A stretch of DNA of 64,000 nt, from assembly GCA_038057055.1 (NCBI GenBank), contig JBBUDY010000019.1:25101-89100 (forward strand), written 5' to 3'. Both the position numbers and the translations under genes were made by a program. Below are positions 10,249 through 18,333 of the stretch, piece by piece (positions within the stretch are counted from its first letter, which is position 1; each line of letters opens with the position of its first letter). Source of the stretch: Patescibacteria group bacterium (GTDB taxonomy: Bacteria; Patescibacteriota; Minisyncoccia; Phycocordibacterales; Phycocordibacteraceae). The notes under the pieces are model-generated. The model made no database searches and was not told the origin of the DNA. It saw nothing but the letters and a program-made list of their open reading frames with translations.

Positions 10249-11622
10249 ATGGGTCTCTCGCTTATATTTTTTCTTTTATTCATAACAATCGTTGTTAGTA
10301 TCGGTTTTGTTTCCTCTCGAGAAGAAACCGAAGATGGTTTTATGATTGCTGAACGTAAGGTGGAGGGGGTCCAGGTTGCTGCCACAATGAGCGCTGCTTT
10401 CTTTGACGGGTTTATGTTGTCTGTCTACATAGCCTATATCTATCAATATGGTTTTTCTGCTATCTGGATGTTTGTCGGCTTAGCGCTCGGGCTGTTGTTA
10501 CTCAAGAAATATGCGTGGCGAATTAAACAGAAAGCGGATGAGTTGAAGGTGTATTCGATGCCGGAATATTTTTATAGGATGTTGGGAAAGAGAAATGGGC
10601 TCATGTTTTCGTTGTTTCTCGTACTCCAATTTTTTCTTATACTGATTGTTAACCTCATAGTCAGTAGTAAGGTCTTATCGGCTATTTTTCCCATTTCATA
10701 TGTATTCGCTTTGAGTATCGGAGGGGTAATCGTTTTATCGTATCTTTTGCTCGCAGGATTTAAGGCGGTCGTAAGGACGGATTTCTTTCAAGTCATCATT
10801 GGGCTTATTATGGCGTTCACGGTATCCGTTTATCTGTTTGGTAAAACCCACATCCCGGCTGCAGAGTTTAGTCTCGGGGCACTCGGTCTTGGGGACACTC
10901 TCGGTTTTGTGATCCTTGGTGGTCTCGGAATGATGGCCGCTCCTGATTTATGGCAACGAATATTTGCAACAAAGGATGAAAAGAATTTGCGGCGGGGGCT
11001 CAACTATTCAGTCGTTATACTTATGGTATTCGCGGTTGTGGTTAGTGTCATTGGACTCGTTACAAAACAATTTTTTCCGGGCATCCTCCCTGAAGATGCC
11101 CTCGTCACCGGGTTTTCCCAACTGCTGCCTTTCGGACTTAAAGAACTTGGTATGATACTTTTGTATGCGGTGACACTCTCGTCAACGGATACCGTCACCT
11201 TTGTCGTCTCATCAATCTTTACGCGCGACCTCAATAACTACACAGAGAAATATAGCGCGACCTCCATGCGGAGGCTCACCCGCTTCTTCATGGTTGCTTT
11301 TATCATTCTCGCGCTCATCGTCGCTGTTTCATATCACGACATCATGCAGCTCGGGTTTTCGCTGGCGAGTTTGAACCTTGCGCTCTTCCCCGTGGTATTT
11401 GGATCACTCTATTGGAAGCTGAAACAAAAAGCGGTGTTTTGGAGCTTGGTTCTTGGGTTTCTAAGCATTCTTATACTGTTTGTCACGAGTCAGCTGAACC
11501 CACAAAACGCAATCATCTCATTGCCGGTTGTCTTATTCTCACTAATTATTTTTCAAAAACTTCTCAAGGCAGATTCTCCGCCTCTCGCCGAAGTCGCCGC
11601 CACGGTCGACTTGCCGAAATAA
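10249..11622 (+). CDS. Sodium:solute symporter (SSS) family transporter; C-terminus formed by a pilB-tail repeat
   Basis: About 12 TM helices. AGFKAVVRTDFFQ and PDLWQRIFATKDEK motifs are SSS-like. The last 14 codons duplicate the pilB tail. Confidence 0.7.
   Translation: MGLSLIFFLLFITIVVSIGFVSSREETEDGFMIAERKVEGVQVAATMSAAFFDGFMLSVYIAYIYQYGFSAIWMFVGLALGLLLLKKYAWRIKQKADELKVYSMPEYFYRMLGKRNGLMFSLFLVLQFFLILIVNLIVSSKVLSAIFPISYVFALSIGGVIVLSYLLLAGFKAVVRTDFFQVIIGLIMAFTVSVYLFGKTHIPAAEFSLGALGLGDTLGFVILGGLGMMAAPDLWQRIFATKDEKNLRRGLNYSVVILMVFAVVVSVIGLVTKQFFPGILPEDALVTGFSQLLPFGLKELGMILLYAVTLSSTDTVTFVVSSIFTRDLNNYTEKYSATSMRRLTRFFMVAFIILALIVAVSYHDIMQLGFSLASLNLALFPVVFGSLYWKLKQKAVFWSLVLGFLSILILFVTSQLNPQNAIISLPVVLFSLIIFQKLLKADSPPLAEVAATVDLPK
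11581..11622. repeat. pilB 3'-terminus repeat, copy 2 (PLAEVAATVDLPK*)
   Basis: Aligns to 10202-10243. Contains the identical 15-nt core CCGAAGTCGCCGCCA. Confidence 0.9.
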
Positions 11623-11632
11623 AGTAGGGGTG

Positions 11633-11641
11633 TGGTATAGT
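11633..11641 (+). promoter_or_regulatory. Extended -10 promoter TGgTATAGT, 6 nt before ATG 11648
   Basis: The motif TGTGGTATAGT is identical to the one upstream of hicB (49283-49293, minus strand). Confidence 0.5.
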
Positions 11642-11647
11642 TTATAT

Positions 11648-11863
11648 ATGAGCACCGTAACGATTCCCAAACAAGAATATCGAAGTCTGAAGCGTCAATC
11701 AGATGCGTATCGTGCTATTGCCGCCGGACGATTTGAATATGTGATCCGCGATAGCGTGGAAACCGTCATGAAAGATTTCGAAAAAACCGGGTTGTATAAC
11801 AAAAGATTCCTGGCCGATCTAGAAAAAGGACTGCGAAGGTCTTCTGTGTATAAGAATGCATGA
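11648..11863 (+). CDS. Putative antitoxin (partner of RelE/ParE-like toxin)
   Basis: 72-aa ORF whose stop overlaps the toxin start (ATGA). No recognisable family. Confidence 0.5.
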   Translation: MSTVTIPKQEYRSLKRQSDAYRAIAAGRFEYVIRDSVETVMKDFEKTGLYNKRFLADLEKGLRRSSVYKNA

Positions 11864-12108
11864 AAATCGCTCCGCTCCATGCGGACGTGACTGTGTATTT
11901 GCGTAAGCGTCAGTTGCTTCGTAAGTGGGATAAGGCGTCTAGACTTTTTGAGACAAACATTCGTCATCCGTCGTTAAATACGGAGCTTATGGAACCACAT
12001 TGGCGCGGCGTGTATTCTTTCAGAATCGATAAGAAATACCGTGCGATGTTTCTTCCAATCTCAAATGACAACGTAGAGATCATTGGAATTACAAATCATT
12101 ATAAATAA
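11860..12108 (+). CDS. RelE/ParE-superfamily toxin
   Basis: 82 aa. RHPSL...YRAMF pattern shared with the toxin at 30456-30701. Typical TA gene pair geometry. Confidence 0.6.
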   Translation: MKIAPLHADVTVYLRKRQLLRKWDKASRLFETNIRHPSLNTELMEPHWRGVYSFRIDKKYRAMFLPISNDNVEIIGITNHYK

Positions 12109-12147
12109 CGATTGACAGGATGTAACCGTTGTATATACTTCGGGTAT

Positions 12148-12432
12148 ATGAAAACTGCCATAAGCTTCAAGATAGACACAGACGTCCGCAACCGAGCACG
12201 AATTGTTGCTAAGAAAATCGGCGTGCCTCTTTCAATGGTCGTGAACCAGCAATTGAAGCAGTTTGCGAATAATCGAAGTATTGAGTTCTATGAGCCACTT
12301 ATCCCGAATGCGAAGACTCGAAAAATTCTCGATGAGGCCATGCGAGATATTAAAGAAGGTCGAGAGGACAAATTCTCTCCCGCATTTACGAATATAAAAG
12401 ATATGGACCAATGGCTTGATAGAAAGGCATGA
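12148..12432 (+). CDS. RelB/DinJ-family antitoxin
   Basis: MKTAISFKIDTDVRNRARIVAKKIGVPLSMVVNQQLKQF is an RHH/DinJ-like N-terminus. Overlaps the toxin start. Confidence 0.7.
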   Translation: MKTAISFKIDTDVRNRARIVAKKIGVPLSMVVNQQLKQFANNRSIEFYEPLIPNAKTRKILDEAMRDIKEGREDKFSPAFTNIKDMDQWLDRKA

Positions 12433-12692
12433 TTGTCATTTATTCTAAAAAATTCCGAAGGAATTACGAGAAGCTTCCACGTAAGCTGCAGGAAAAATTT
12501 AAGCACCGCCGAAACTTATTTCTTGAGAATCAGTTCGACTCGATTCTAAACAATCACCAATTATATGATCCATATGCAGGATGCCGAAGCATAAACGTAA
12601 CGGGTGATTACCGCGCCGTTTTCTATCACGAAAGCCCGGGTATCATCCAATTCATTGCTATCGGCACACATCACGAACTTTTTGGCACATAA
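12429..12692 (+). CDS. RelE/YafQ-family mRNA interferase toxin
   Basis: 87 aa. KKFRRNYEKLPRKLQEKF...GDYRAVF...IGTHHELF pattern. Confidence 0.7.
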   Translation: MIVIYSKKFRRNYEKLPRKLQEKFKHRRNLFLENQFDSILNNHQLYDPYAGCRSINVTGDYRAVFYHESPGIIQFIAIGTHHELFGT

Positions 12693-12693
12693 C

Positions 12694-12744
12694 AGCAGCA
12701 CCTCGCTTGCCGAAGTCGCCGCCATGGTCAACCTCCCGCGTTAA
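12694..12744. repeat. pilB 3'-terminus repeat, copy 3 (orphan; SSTSLAEVAAMVNLPR*)
   Basis: 17 codons align to 10193-10243. Starts 2 nt after the toxin stop and is not part of any ORF. Confidence 0.9.
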
Positions 12745-12817
12745 TTTATTTAGTCACTGTTTGTGTTCCATGTCTCTAACGGTCGTTAGACTTATGGAAC
12801 AGCTTAAAGGAACAATC

Positions 12818-12841
12818 TCCCGTTCATAGTCCTCAAGGCAA
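12818..12841. repeat. 24-nt direct repeat copy A (TCCCGTTCATAGTCCTCAAGGCAA)
   Basis: Matches 13668-13691 with one mismatch. Copy B forms the 5' strand of the closing stem of the candidate RNA. Confidence 0.85.
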
Positions 12842-12951
12842 AACCCTCAAATGAACGCGGGATGGGTATTGTGGCTGTACAGAACGGGCACTTGCGTATC
12901 TACAGGGGGGGGTAGGATTGGGGCATTAGAAACGGGACTAACCAATTTTGT

Positions 12952-13296
12952 ATGAATGAGACTCCCAGTAAAAAGATGGGTTTGGAACAGGGTCGAGATG
13001 GAAATTTGACCCATGAAAAAAAGAGAGAATATCGAAAAAGAAGAACACTGTACGAGAAAGCTATTAAGGAGGAATACAAAAATGGGAGACTGCTTGGGAA
13101 GCCCGATATCTTACTACCCGCTAATATAGATGCTATTTTTGAAAATTACTTTCGAGATAGAATAAAGGAGAGGGGTATTTCAGTTAGCGAAGAGGATTTA
13201 TTCAAGCTTATAGAAGATTTTGAAATGGCGGTAGCAGAGACAAAGGAATACGTCTTTGGGAAGATTAGAGAAGAACTTGATCATATGCCGCCATGA
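12952..13296 (+). CDS. Hypothetical protein (Lys/Glu-rich)
   Basis: 114-aa ORF in a cassette bounded by the 24-nt repeats. No recognisable motif. Confidence 0.5.
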   Translation: MNETPSKKMGLEQGRDGNLTHEKKREYRKRRTLYEKAIKEEYKNGRLLGKPDILLPANIDAIFENYFRDRIKERGISVSEEDLFKLIEDFEMAVAETKEYVFGKIREELDHMPP

Positions 13297-13350
13297 AGAA
13301 AACCATCGACGAATTGTAAAGTGTTTCACTACTAAACTAACATCACCACT

Positions 13351-13665
13351 ATGTCAGCAGAATTCCCAAAATCAGTTCTTCCTCCTCAAGTAGAAAAAAC
13401 TCCGGACGTAGACAAAGCTGAAGTACTGTCCGCCGCAATATCTCGAGTCGATGAAAAATTCGGTAATGTGCCAGATGATGCTTTTGTTCTAATAAAAAGA
13501 GAGAGCCCCTCCGAGGTTTCTGTGACTCTTTCAGATCGAAGGTACCACGCGCAGATTAATCTGTCGGAGACATTACATTTACCTGATGACATCGCTCTCA
13601 GGACAGAAACTGGAAGTGTGACAACTAGTTCAATGGGAGCACTAAGAAAGTTATTAAAACAGTAA
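13351..13665 (+). CDS. Hypothetical protein
   Basis: 104-aa ORF. Its stop lies 2 nt before repeat copy B. Confidence 0.5.
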   Translation: MSAEFPKSVLPPQVEKTPDVDKAEVLSAAISRVDEKFGNVPDDAFVLIKRESPSEVSVTLSDRRYHAQINLSETLHLPDDIALRTETGSVTTSSMGALRKLLKQ

Positions 13666-13667
13666 AA

Positions 13668-13908
13668 TCCCGTCCATAGTCCTCAAGGCAATAATCCAGC
13701 CCCAGTTTTGTAGCGCGATCGCTATTACCGGTTTCCCTCGTTTTGCTTCGTAGATTCCAAGTAAAATTGGTACCCGTCACAAAACTGGGGCTGGAGGGGA
13801 CGAAACACCTGAGGAGTTCCACAGCAACACGACCGAAATCGTGGAACCAAAGAGTCCTTGGGGAAACGCCCGAAGCCGTCAAGCCTTGCCTAGAGGAGTA
13901 TGAACAGG
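13668..13908 (+). ncRNA. Candidate structured RNA of unknown class (~240 nt)
   Basis: Perfect 16-bp stem 13696-13711/13779-13794. Closing stem 13669-13689 with 13883-13908. Hairpins 13816-13822/13841-13847 and 13857-13875. A separate ruvB promoter-like TGTGATAGAAT lies at 13954-13964. Strand is not proven. Confidence 0.4.
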
Positions 13909-13984
13909 ATTAAGGGAACACTTATGTCGCGGCACATGCTGCGACCTGGAAACTGTGATAGAATGTTAGCACTACAACATTTTT

Positions 13985-14980
13985 ATGTCAAGCTTGTCGA
14001 ATATCAATCCTGCCGCTCCTACCTCGCTCGATTCGGCACTCCGCCCTGTCAATTGGAATGAATACGTCGGACAGAAGCAGGTAAAAGCGAATGTCCGCAT
14101 CTCTCTTGATGCGGCAAAAAAGCGCGGGAGCATGCCCGAACATATCCTCTTCTACGGTCCACCGGGCGTCGGTAAGACAACACTCGCTCACTTGGTCGCC
14201 ACAACTCTCGAGTCGCCCTTAAAAAGCACATCGGGGGTTGCTATCGAGCGTGCGGGCGACCTCGCCGCTATTCTTACCAACCTTGAACCAAACACGGTTC
14301 TTTTTATCGATGAAATTCATCGGCTTTCACGAAAGATAGAGGAGCTTCTCTACCCTGCACTTGAATCGGGACATCTCGACATTGTGCTCGGGAAAGGCCC
14401 TTCGGCGCGCACCGTCGAGCTCTCACTCCCCTCTTTCACCCTTGTCGGTGCGACGACCCGTGTTGCGGAACTCTCGGGACCCTTGCGTTCGCGCTTTGGT
14501 GGCGGCGTGTTCCAGCTTGATTTCTACAATGACGAGGATTTGCGCGACATCATTCGCCGCTCGGCGTTTCTGCTTAACTTGGAAGCGCCCGAAGAGGTAA
14601 TCGAGCGTATCGCCGCAAGAAGCCGCGCGACGCCGAGAGTCGCGAACGCGCTTCTGAAGCGCGTTCGCGACTTCTCTGAGGTACATGAACGGGCGCTTTC
14701 TGAAGAGCTGTGCGATGAGGCGTGCGAACTCTTCGGCATCGACGCCCACGGTCTGACCAAAGATGATCGGCGCTATCTCGAGACGCTTCTGAAGAGCTTC
14801 CGAGGCGGCCCCGCCGGTGTTCAGGCACTCGCGGCTGCGCTCCACGAAGACTCTGACACCGTCGAACATGTCTATGAGCCCTATCTGCTCCGTCTCGGCT
14901 TCATCGAGCGCTCCTCGCGCGGCCGCATCCTCACTCCCGCCGGCCGCGCCTATCTTCAGGGTGACACGCTTCCAGTGTAA
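13985..14980 (+). CDS. ruvB: Holliday junction helicase RuvB
   Basis: Walker A GPPGVGKTTLA, Walker B LFIDEIHRL, sensor TTR. Confidence 0.96.
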   Translation: MSSLSNINPAAPTSLDSALRPVNWNEYVGQKQVKANVRISLDAAKKRGSMPEHILFYGPPGVGKTTLAHLVATTLESPLKSTSGVAIERAGDLAAILTNLEPNTVLFIDEIHRLSRKIEELLYPALESGHLDIVLGKGPSARTVELSLPSFTLVGATTRVAELSGPLRSRFGGGVFQLDFYNDEDLRDIIRRSAFLLNLEAPEEVIERIAARSRATPRVANALLKRVRDFSEVHERALSEELCDEACELFGIDAHGLTKDDRRYLETLLKSFRGGPAGVQALAAALHEDSDTVEHVYEPYLLRLGFIERSSRGRILTPAGRAYLQGDTLPV

Positions 14981-14992
14981 GCTGTCTCGTAT

Positions 14993-15547
14993 ATGTCCGG
15001 GCACAGTAAATGGTCGCAGATTAAGAGACAGAAGTCGGTAACCGATGCAGCGAGGAGCCGTGTGTTTTCTCGTTATGCGAGGCTTATCGCGCTTGAATCG
15101 AAAAAGGCGAACGGTATTCTCACGACCCCTTCTCTCGCTGCGGTGATTGCACGTGCGAAGGCGGTCAATATGCCGAAGGAGAACATCGAACGTGCCATTA
15201 CTAAAGGCATTTCAAAAGATTCTGGCTCGCTCGAACAGGTGGTGTATGAAGCCTATGGCCCGGGCGGTGTCGCCATTCTCATTGATGCCCTCACCGACAA
15301 TAAGAACCGTACGACACAAGAGATAAAACATTTACTCGTTCTTCAAGGGATTGAACTCGCGGCGCCGGGCGCCGCGAGTTGGGCTTTCACTAAAACGAGC
15401 CTTGTTTATACACCAAACGAACCTTTTATAGACGTCGTGGGAGAAGATGAGGAGAAGCTTGGTGCGGTGCTGGAAGCGCTCGACGAACATGAGGACGTAC
15501 AACAAATATTCACGAACGCGCGTGGCTATGAGGATACTGGCGATTGA
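14993..15547 (+). CDS. yebC: YebC/PmpR-family transcriptional regulator (short form)
   Basis: MSGHSKWSQIKRQK N-terminus and NMPKENIERAI motif. Confidence 0.85.
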   Translation: MSGHSKWSQIKRQKSVTDAARSRVFSRYARLIALESKKANGILTTPSLAAVIARAKAVNMPKENIERAITKGISKDSGSLEQVVYEAYGPGGVAILIDALTDNKNRTTQEIKHLLVLQGIELAAPGAASWAFTKTSLVYTPNEPFIDVVGEDEEKLGAVLEALDEHEDVQQIFTNARGYEDTGD

Positions 15548-16004
15548 TCCAGGGTATGACCGACTTGGTGTCGCAGTCATCGAGGGGAACTCGTCCCGGC
15601 CAATCCTAGTGTGGAGTGAGTGTATTCTCCCTGATAAGGGTACACGCGAGAAACGTCTTGCACATGTGTGGAGAGCAGTTACTGCTGCCATAAAAAAATA
15701 TTCGCCTGATGCTCTTGCTCTCGAGACTCTTTTTTTCAGTATCAATAAGAAGACAGCTATTGGGGTGGCGGAAGCGCGCGGGGCAATCTTGGCCGCTGCC
15801 GGTATTGCCTCTCTTCCGGTCATAGAATGTTCGCCACAACAGATAAAGCTCGCAGTGACTGGTTATGGCGGGGCTGATAAAATTGCGGTCGCACGTATGA
15901 TTCCACAGCTCCTCACACTATCTAAAAAGAAACGTCTGGACGACGAATTAGACGCAATAGCTATTGGTATCACAGCGCTTGCTCGCGGTCCCCTACGACA
16001 CTAA
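15528..16004 (+). CDS. ruvC: Crossover junction endodeoxyribonuclease RuvC
   Basis: MRILAIDPGYDRLG catalytic N-terminus, LALETLFF, DELDAIAIG. Start overlaps the yebC end. Confidence 0.9.
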   Translation: MRILAIDPGYDRLGVAVIEGNSSRPILVWSECILPDKGTREKRLAHVWRAVTAAIKKYSPDALALETLFFSINKKTAIGVAEARGAILAAAGIASLPVIECSPQQIKLAVTGYGGADKIAVARMIPQLLTLSKKKRLDDELDAIAIGITALARGPLRH

Positions 16005-16154
16005 TCCACAGTACACATAAGAAGTACTTGCGTGAATATAAATTTTTGGTACATATACCACTATGATGGACGAAGATGAAGAAATTCATGATGAAATTCT
16101 CCATGATGAGTTGGATGAATTTATGGATGAGGAGGAAGAAAGATACTAAATAAG

Positions 16155-16163
16155 TGTTAGCAT
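16155..16163 (+). promoter_or_regulatory. Extended -10 (TGtTAGCAT) 6 nt before PBP ATG
   Basis: Same TGnTAnnnT-N6-ATG geometry as the other genes listed. Confidence 0.4.
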
Positions 16164-16169
16164 AACGCT

Positions 16170-18314
16170 ATGAAACAGCAGCGCGCCCACTGGCGTCACA
16201 CGCTTGTCGCTTCCATCCTTACTCTCCTCGGACTCGGCTTCTTGTTTGTGGGCGGTGTTTTCTTTGTTGTGGTATTAACACCGGTCCCTGATATTGGTTC
16301 ATTCGCCTCTCGCCAGGTCGATCAATCAACAAAGATTTATGATCGCACCGGGCAAATTCTTCTCTATGACTATAATCGAGATGCGAGAAGGGAAATTATT
16401 CCTATCGCGAACATATCGCCAAATACCATCAACGCAACCATCGCAATAGAGGACTCAAGTTTCTATGAACATGGGGGAATTCGTTTCACCTCTATTTTTC
16501 GAGCTATGCTCACCGACGCTATAGGGGGGTCCCTTTCCCAAGGAGGTTCAACCATCACACAGCAAGTGGTTAAAAATACTCTCCTCACAAATCGAAAAAG
16601 TGTTATACGAAAAATCCATGAGTGGGTGTTAGCTATAAAAATGGAGCAGACATACTCGAAGGAACAGATTCTTGAAACATATCTCAATAACATCCCGTAT
16701 GGAGGAACACTCTATGGTATCGAAGCGGCGGCAGAATCATATTTTGGTATCCCTGCAAAAGACCTCACTCTCGCTGAGGCCGCATATCTCGCTTCAATGA
16801 TTCAAGCTCCTTCATATTATTCTCCGTATGGCATTCATCGAGCAGAACTTGATGCACGAAAAAACTTGGTTCTCGAGAGGATGCGCACATTAGGGTTCAT
16901 AGACGCCACGACCTATACCCACGCCATGGCTGAGAAAGTATCTTTCGCTACCGCGGGTCAGAATTCTATTATTGCTCCCCACTTTGTTTTTTATATTCTC
17001 AATCAACTTGAGACATTGTATGGTTCAAAAGCTCTGGTGTCTGGATTAAAAGTGACCACATCACTTGATGCAGACCTTCAAGTAAAGGCTGAATCAATTG
17101 TACATACGCATGCATTACAGAACGTAAAGAAATTTAATGCATCAAATGCTTCACTTATTGCTGTCGACCCTTTGACGGGACAGATCCTTGCAATGGTTGG
17201 TTCTCGGGACTTTTTTGATACCGCGATTGATGGCCAATACAATGCCTCCCTTTCATTACGACAACCCGGTTCCACAATGAAACCTTTTGTGTATTCGCTC
17301 GCCCTTATGCGCGGATATACACGCAATACAGTGATTTTCGACACGCCGACACAATTCTCAACCGCATGTAAACCATCAGATAATTTCAATAACGAATCTC
17401 CTTGTTATGCCCCTTCTAATTATGATGAAAAGTTTCGTGGTCCTATGACTTTTGAAACGGCACTCGCTCAATCTATCAATATCCCCGCTATTAAAACTTT
17501 GTACTTGGTGGGAATACAAAATGCCATAAATTTTGCAAAATCGTTTGGACTCACGACGCTTGGAGATCCAAACCAGTATGGACTCACTCTTGTACTCGGC
17601 GGCGGTGAGGTACGTCTTCTCGATCTTGTGAGCGCATATGCGGTATTCGCAAATAAAGGAGTACTGAACACTTCTACCGGCATACTTCAAGTTGATGATG
17701 CAAAGGGGAATGTGTTGCTTTCTTTTACTCCTCAACCCTCTCAGGTCCTCCCAGAAAATATCGCGCACGATATGTCTGCCATGCTTTCTGATGCTCCTGC
17801 TCGTTTACCAGAATATCCTCTTGATTCTCCTCTTTCTTTTAAGGGCTACGATGTTGCCGTAAAGACAGGTACGACCGATGATACTCGTGATGCATGGGTT
17901 GTTGGGTATACCCCCTCCATAACAATCGGCGTATGGGTTGGTAATAATGACAATACGCCAATGGTAAAATCTGTCGCTGGTTTTATTGCTGCACCTATGT
18001 GGCATGAAGTTATGGCATACGCACTCTCAAAATATCCAAAAATGTATTTTGGAGAACCGACTCCCATCCTTTCTTCAGTCCCCCCTCTCTTACAAGGGAA
18101 TTGGTACATTCCAGACCGCGAAGGAAATATTATTCCTCACGATTTATTGTATTGGACTAATAAGAACAATCCTCAAGTACCTCTTGTACATGACCCTTCG
18201 CAAGATCCACAATTCGCATCATGGGAGTATGGTGTATCGATGTGGTATGAAAGACACCCGGAACTTTTTTCGAGTGAAATACTGTTGCCAGTTCCGCTCT
18301 CAAACACTTTTTAA
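16170..18314 (+). CDS. Class A penicillin-binding protein (glycosyltransferase plus transpeptidase)
   Basis: GT51 motifs EDSSFYEHGG and GGSTITQQ. TPase motifs STMK and KTGTT. N-terminal TM anchor. Confidence 0.93.
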   Translation: MKQQRAHWRHTLVASILTLLGLGFLFVGGVFFVVVLTPVPDIGSFASRQVDQSTKIYDRTGQILLYDYNRDARREIIPIANISPNTINATIAIEDSSFYEHGGIRFTSIFRAMLTDAIGGSLSQGGSTITQQVVKNTLLTNRKSVIRKIHEWVLAIKMEQTYSKEQILETYLNNIPYGGTLYGIEAAAESYFGIPAKDLTLAEAAYLASMIQAPSYYSPYGIHRAELDARKNLVLERMRTLGFIDATTYTHAMAEKVSFATAGQNSIIAPHFVFYILNQLETLYGSKALVSGLKVTTSLDADLQVKAESIVHTHALQNVKKFNASNASLIAVDPLTGQILAMVGSRDFFDTAIDGQYNASLSLRQPGSTMKPFVYSLALMRGYTRNTVIFDTPTQFSTACKPSDNFNNESPCYAPSNYDEKFRGPMTFETALAQSINIPAIKTLYLVGIQNAINFAKSFGLTTLGDPNQYGLTLVLGGGEVRLLDLVSAYAVFANKGVLNTSTGILQVDDAKGNVLLSFTPQPSQVLPENIAHDMSAMLSDAPARLPEYPLDSPLSFKGYDVAVKTGTTDDTRDAWVVGYTPSITIGVWVGNNDNTPMVKSVAGFIAAPMWHEVMAYALSKYPKMYFGEPTPILSSVPPLLQGNWYIPDREGNIIPHDLLYWTNKNNPQVPLVHDPSQDPQFASWEYGVSMWYERHPELFSSEILLPVPLSNTF

Positions 18315-18333
18315 TTTTTTATATACTGTATTT

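Noticed and set aside
12765-12800. Hairpin with TCTAAC/GTTAGAC arms resembling integron attC R''/R' boxes
   Set aside because: At ~36 nt it is too short for an attC. No IntI integrase or attI is present, and no similar site occurs at the other cassette borders.
13799-13820. CGAAAC ... CTGAGGAG resembling hammerhead ribozyme core boxes
   Set aside because: The boxes are only 3 nt apart, leaving no room for stems I and III. The second GAAA-equivalent after the hairpin is CCAAAG. It does not fold as any hammerhead topology.
13668-13908. Identity of the candidate RNA as RNase P RNA, tmRNA, SRP RNA or 6S RNA
   Set aside because: It lacks the P4 GAGGAAAGUCC/ACAGAA boxes, the tRNA-like GGGG...CCA ends and tag ORF, and the GGAAGCAGCC SRP motif. 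Its architecture is multi-stem rather than a 6S-like rod.
14423-15004. 193-aa ORF antisense to ruvB (plus several shorter ones at 14361-14828)
   Set aside because: It overlaps the conserved RuvB frame and has no motifs. It is an artefact of high GC3 in ruvB.
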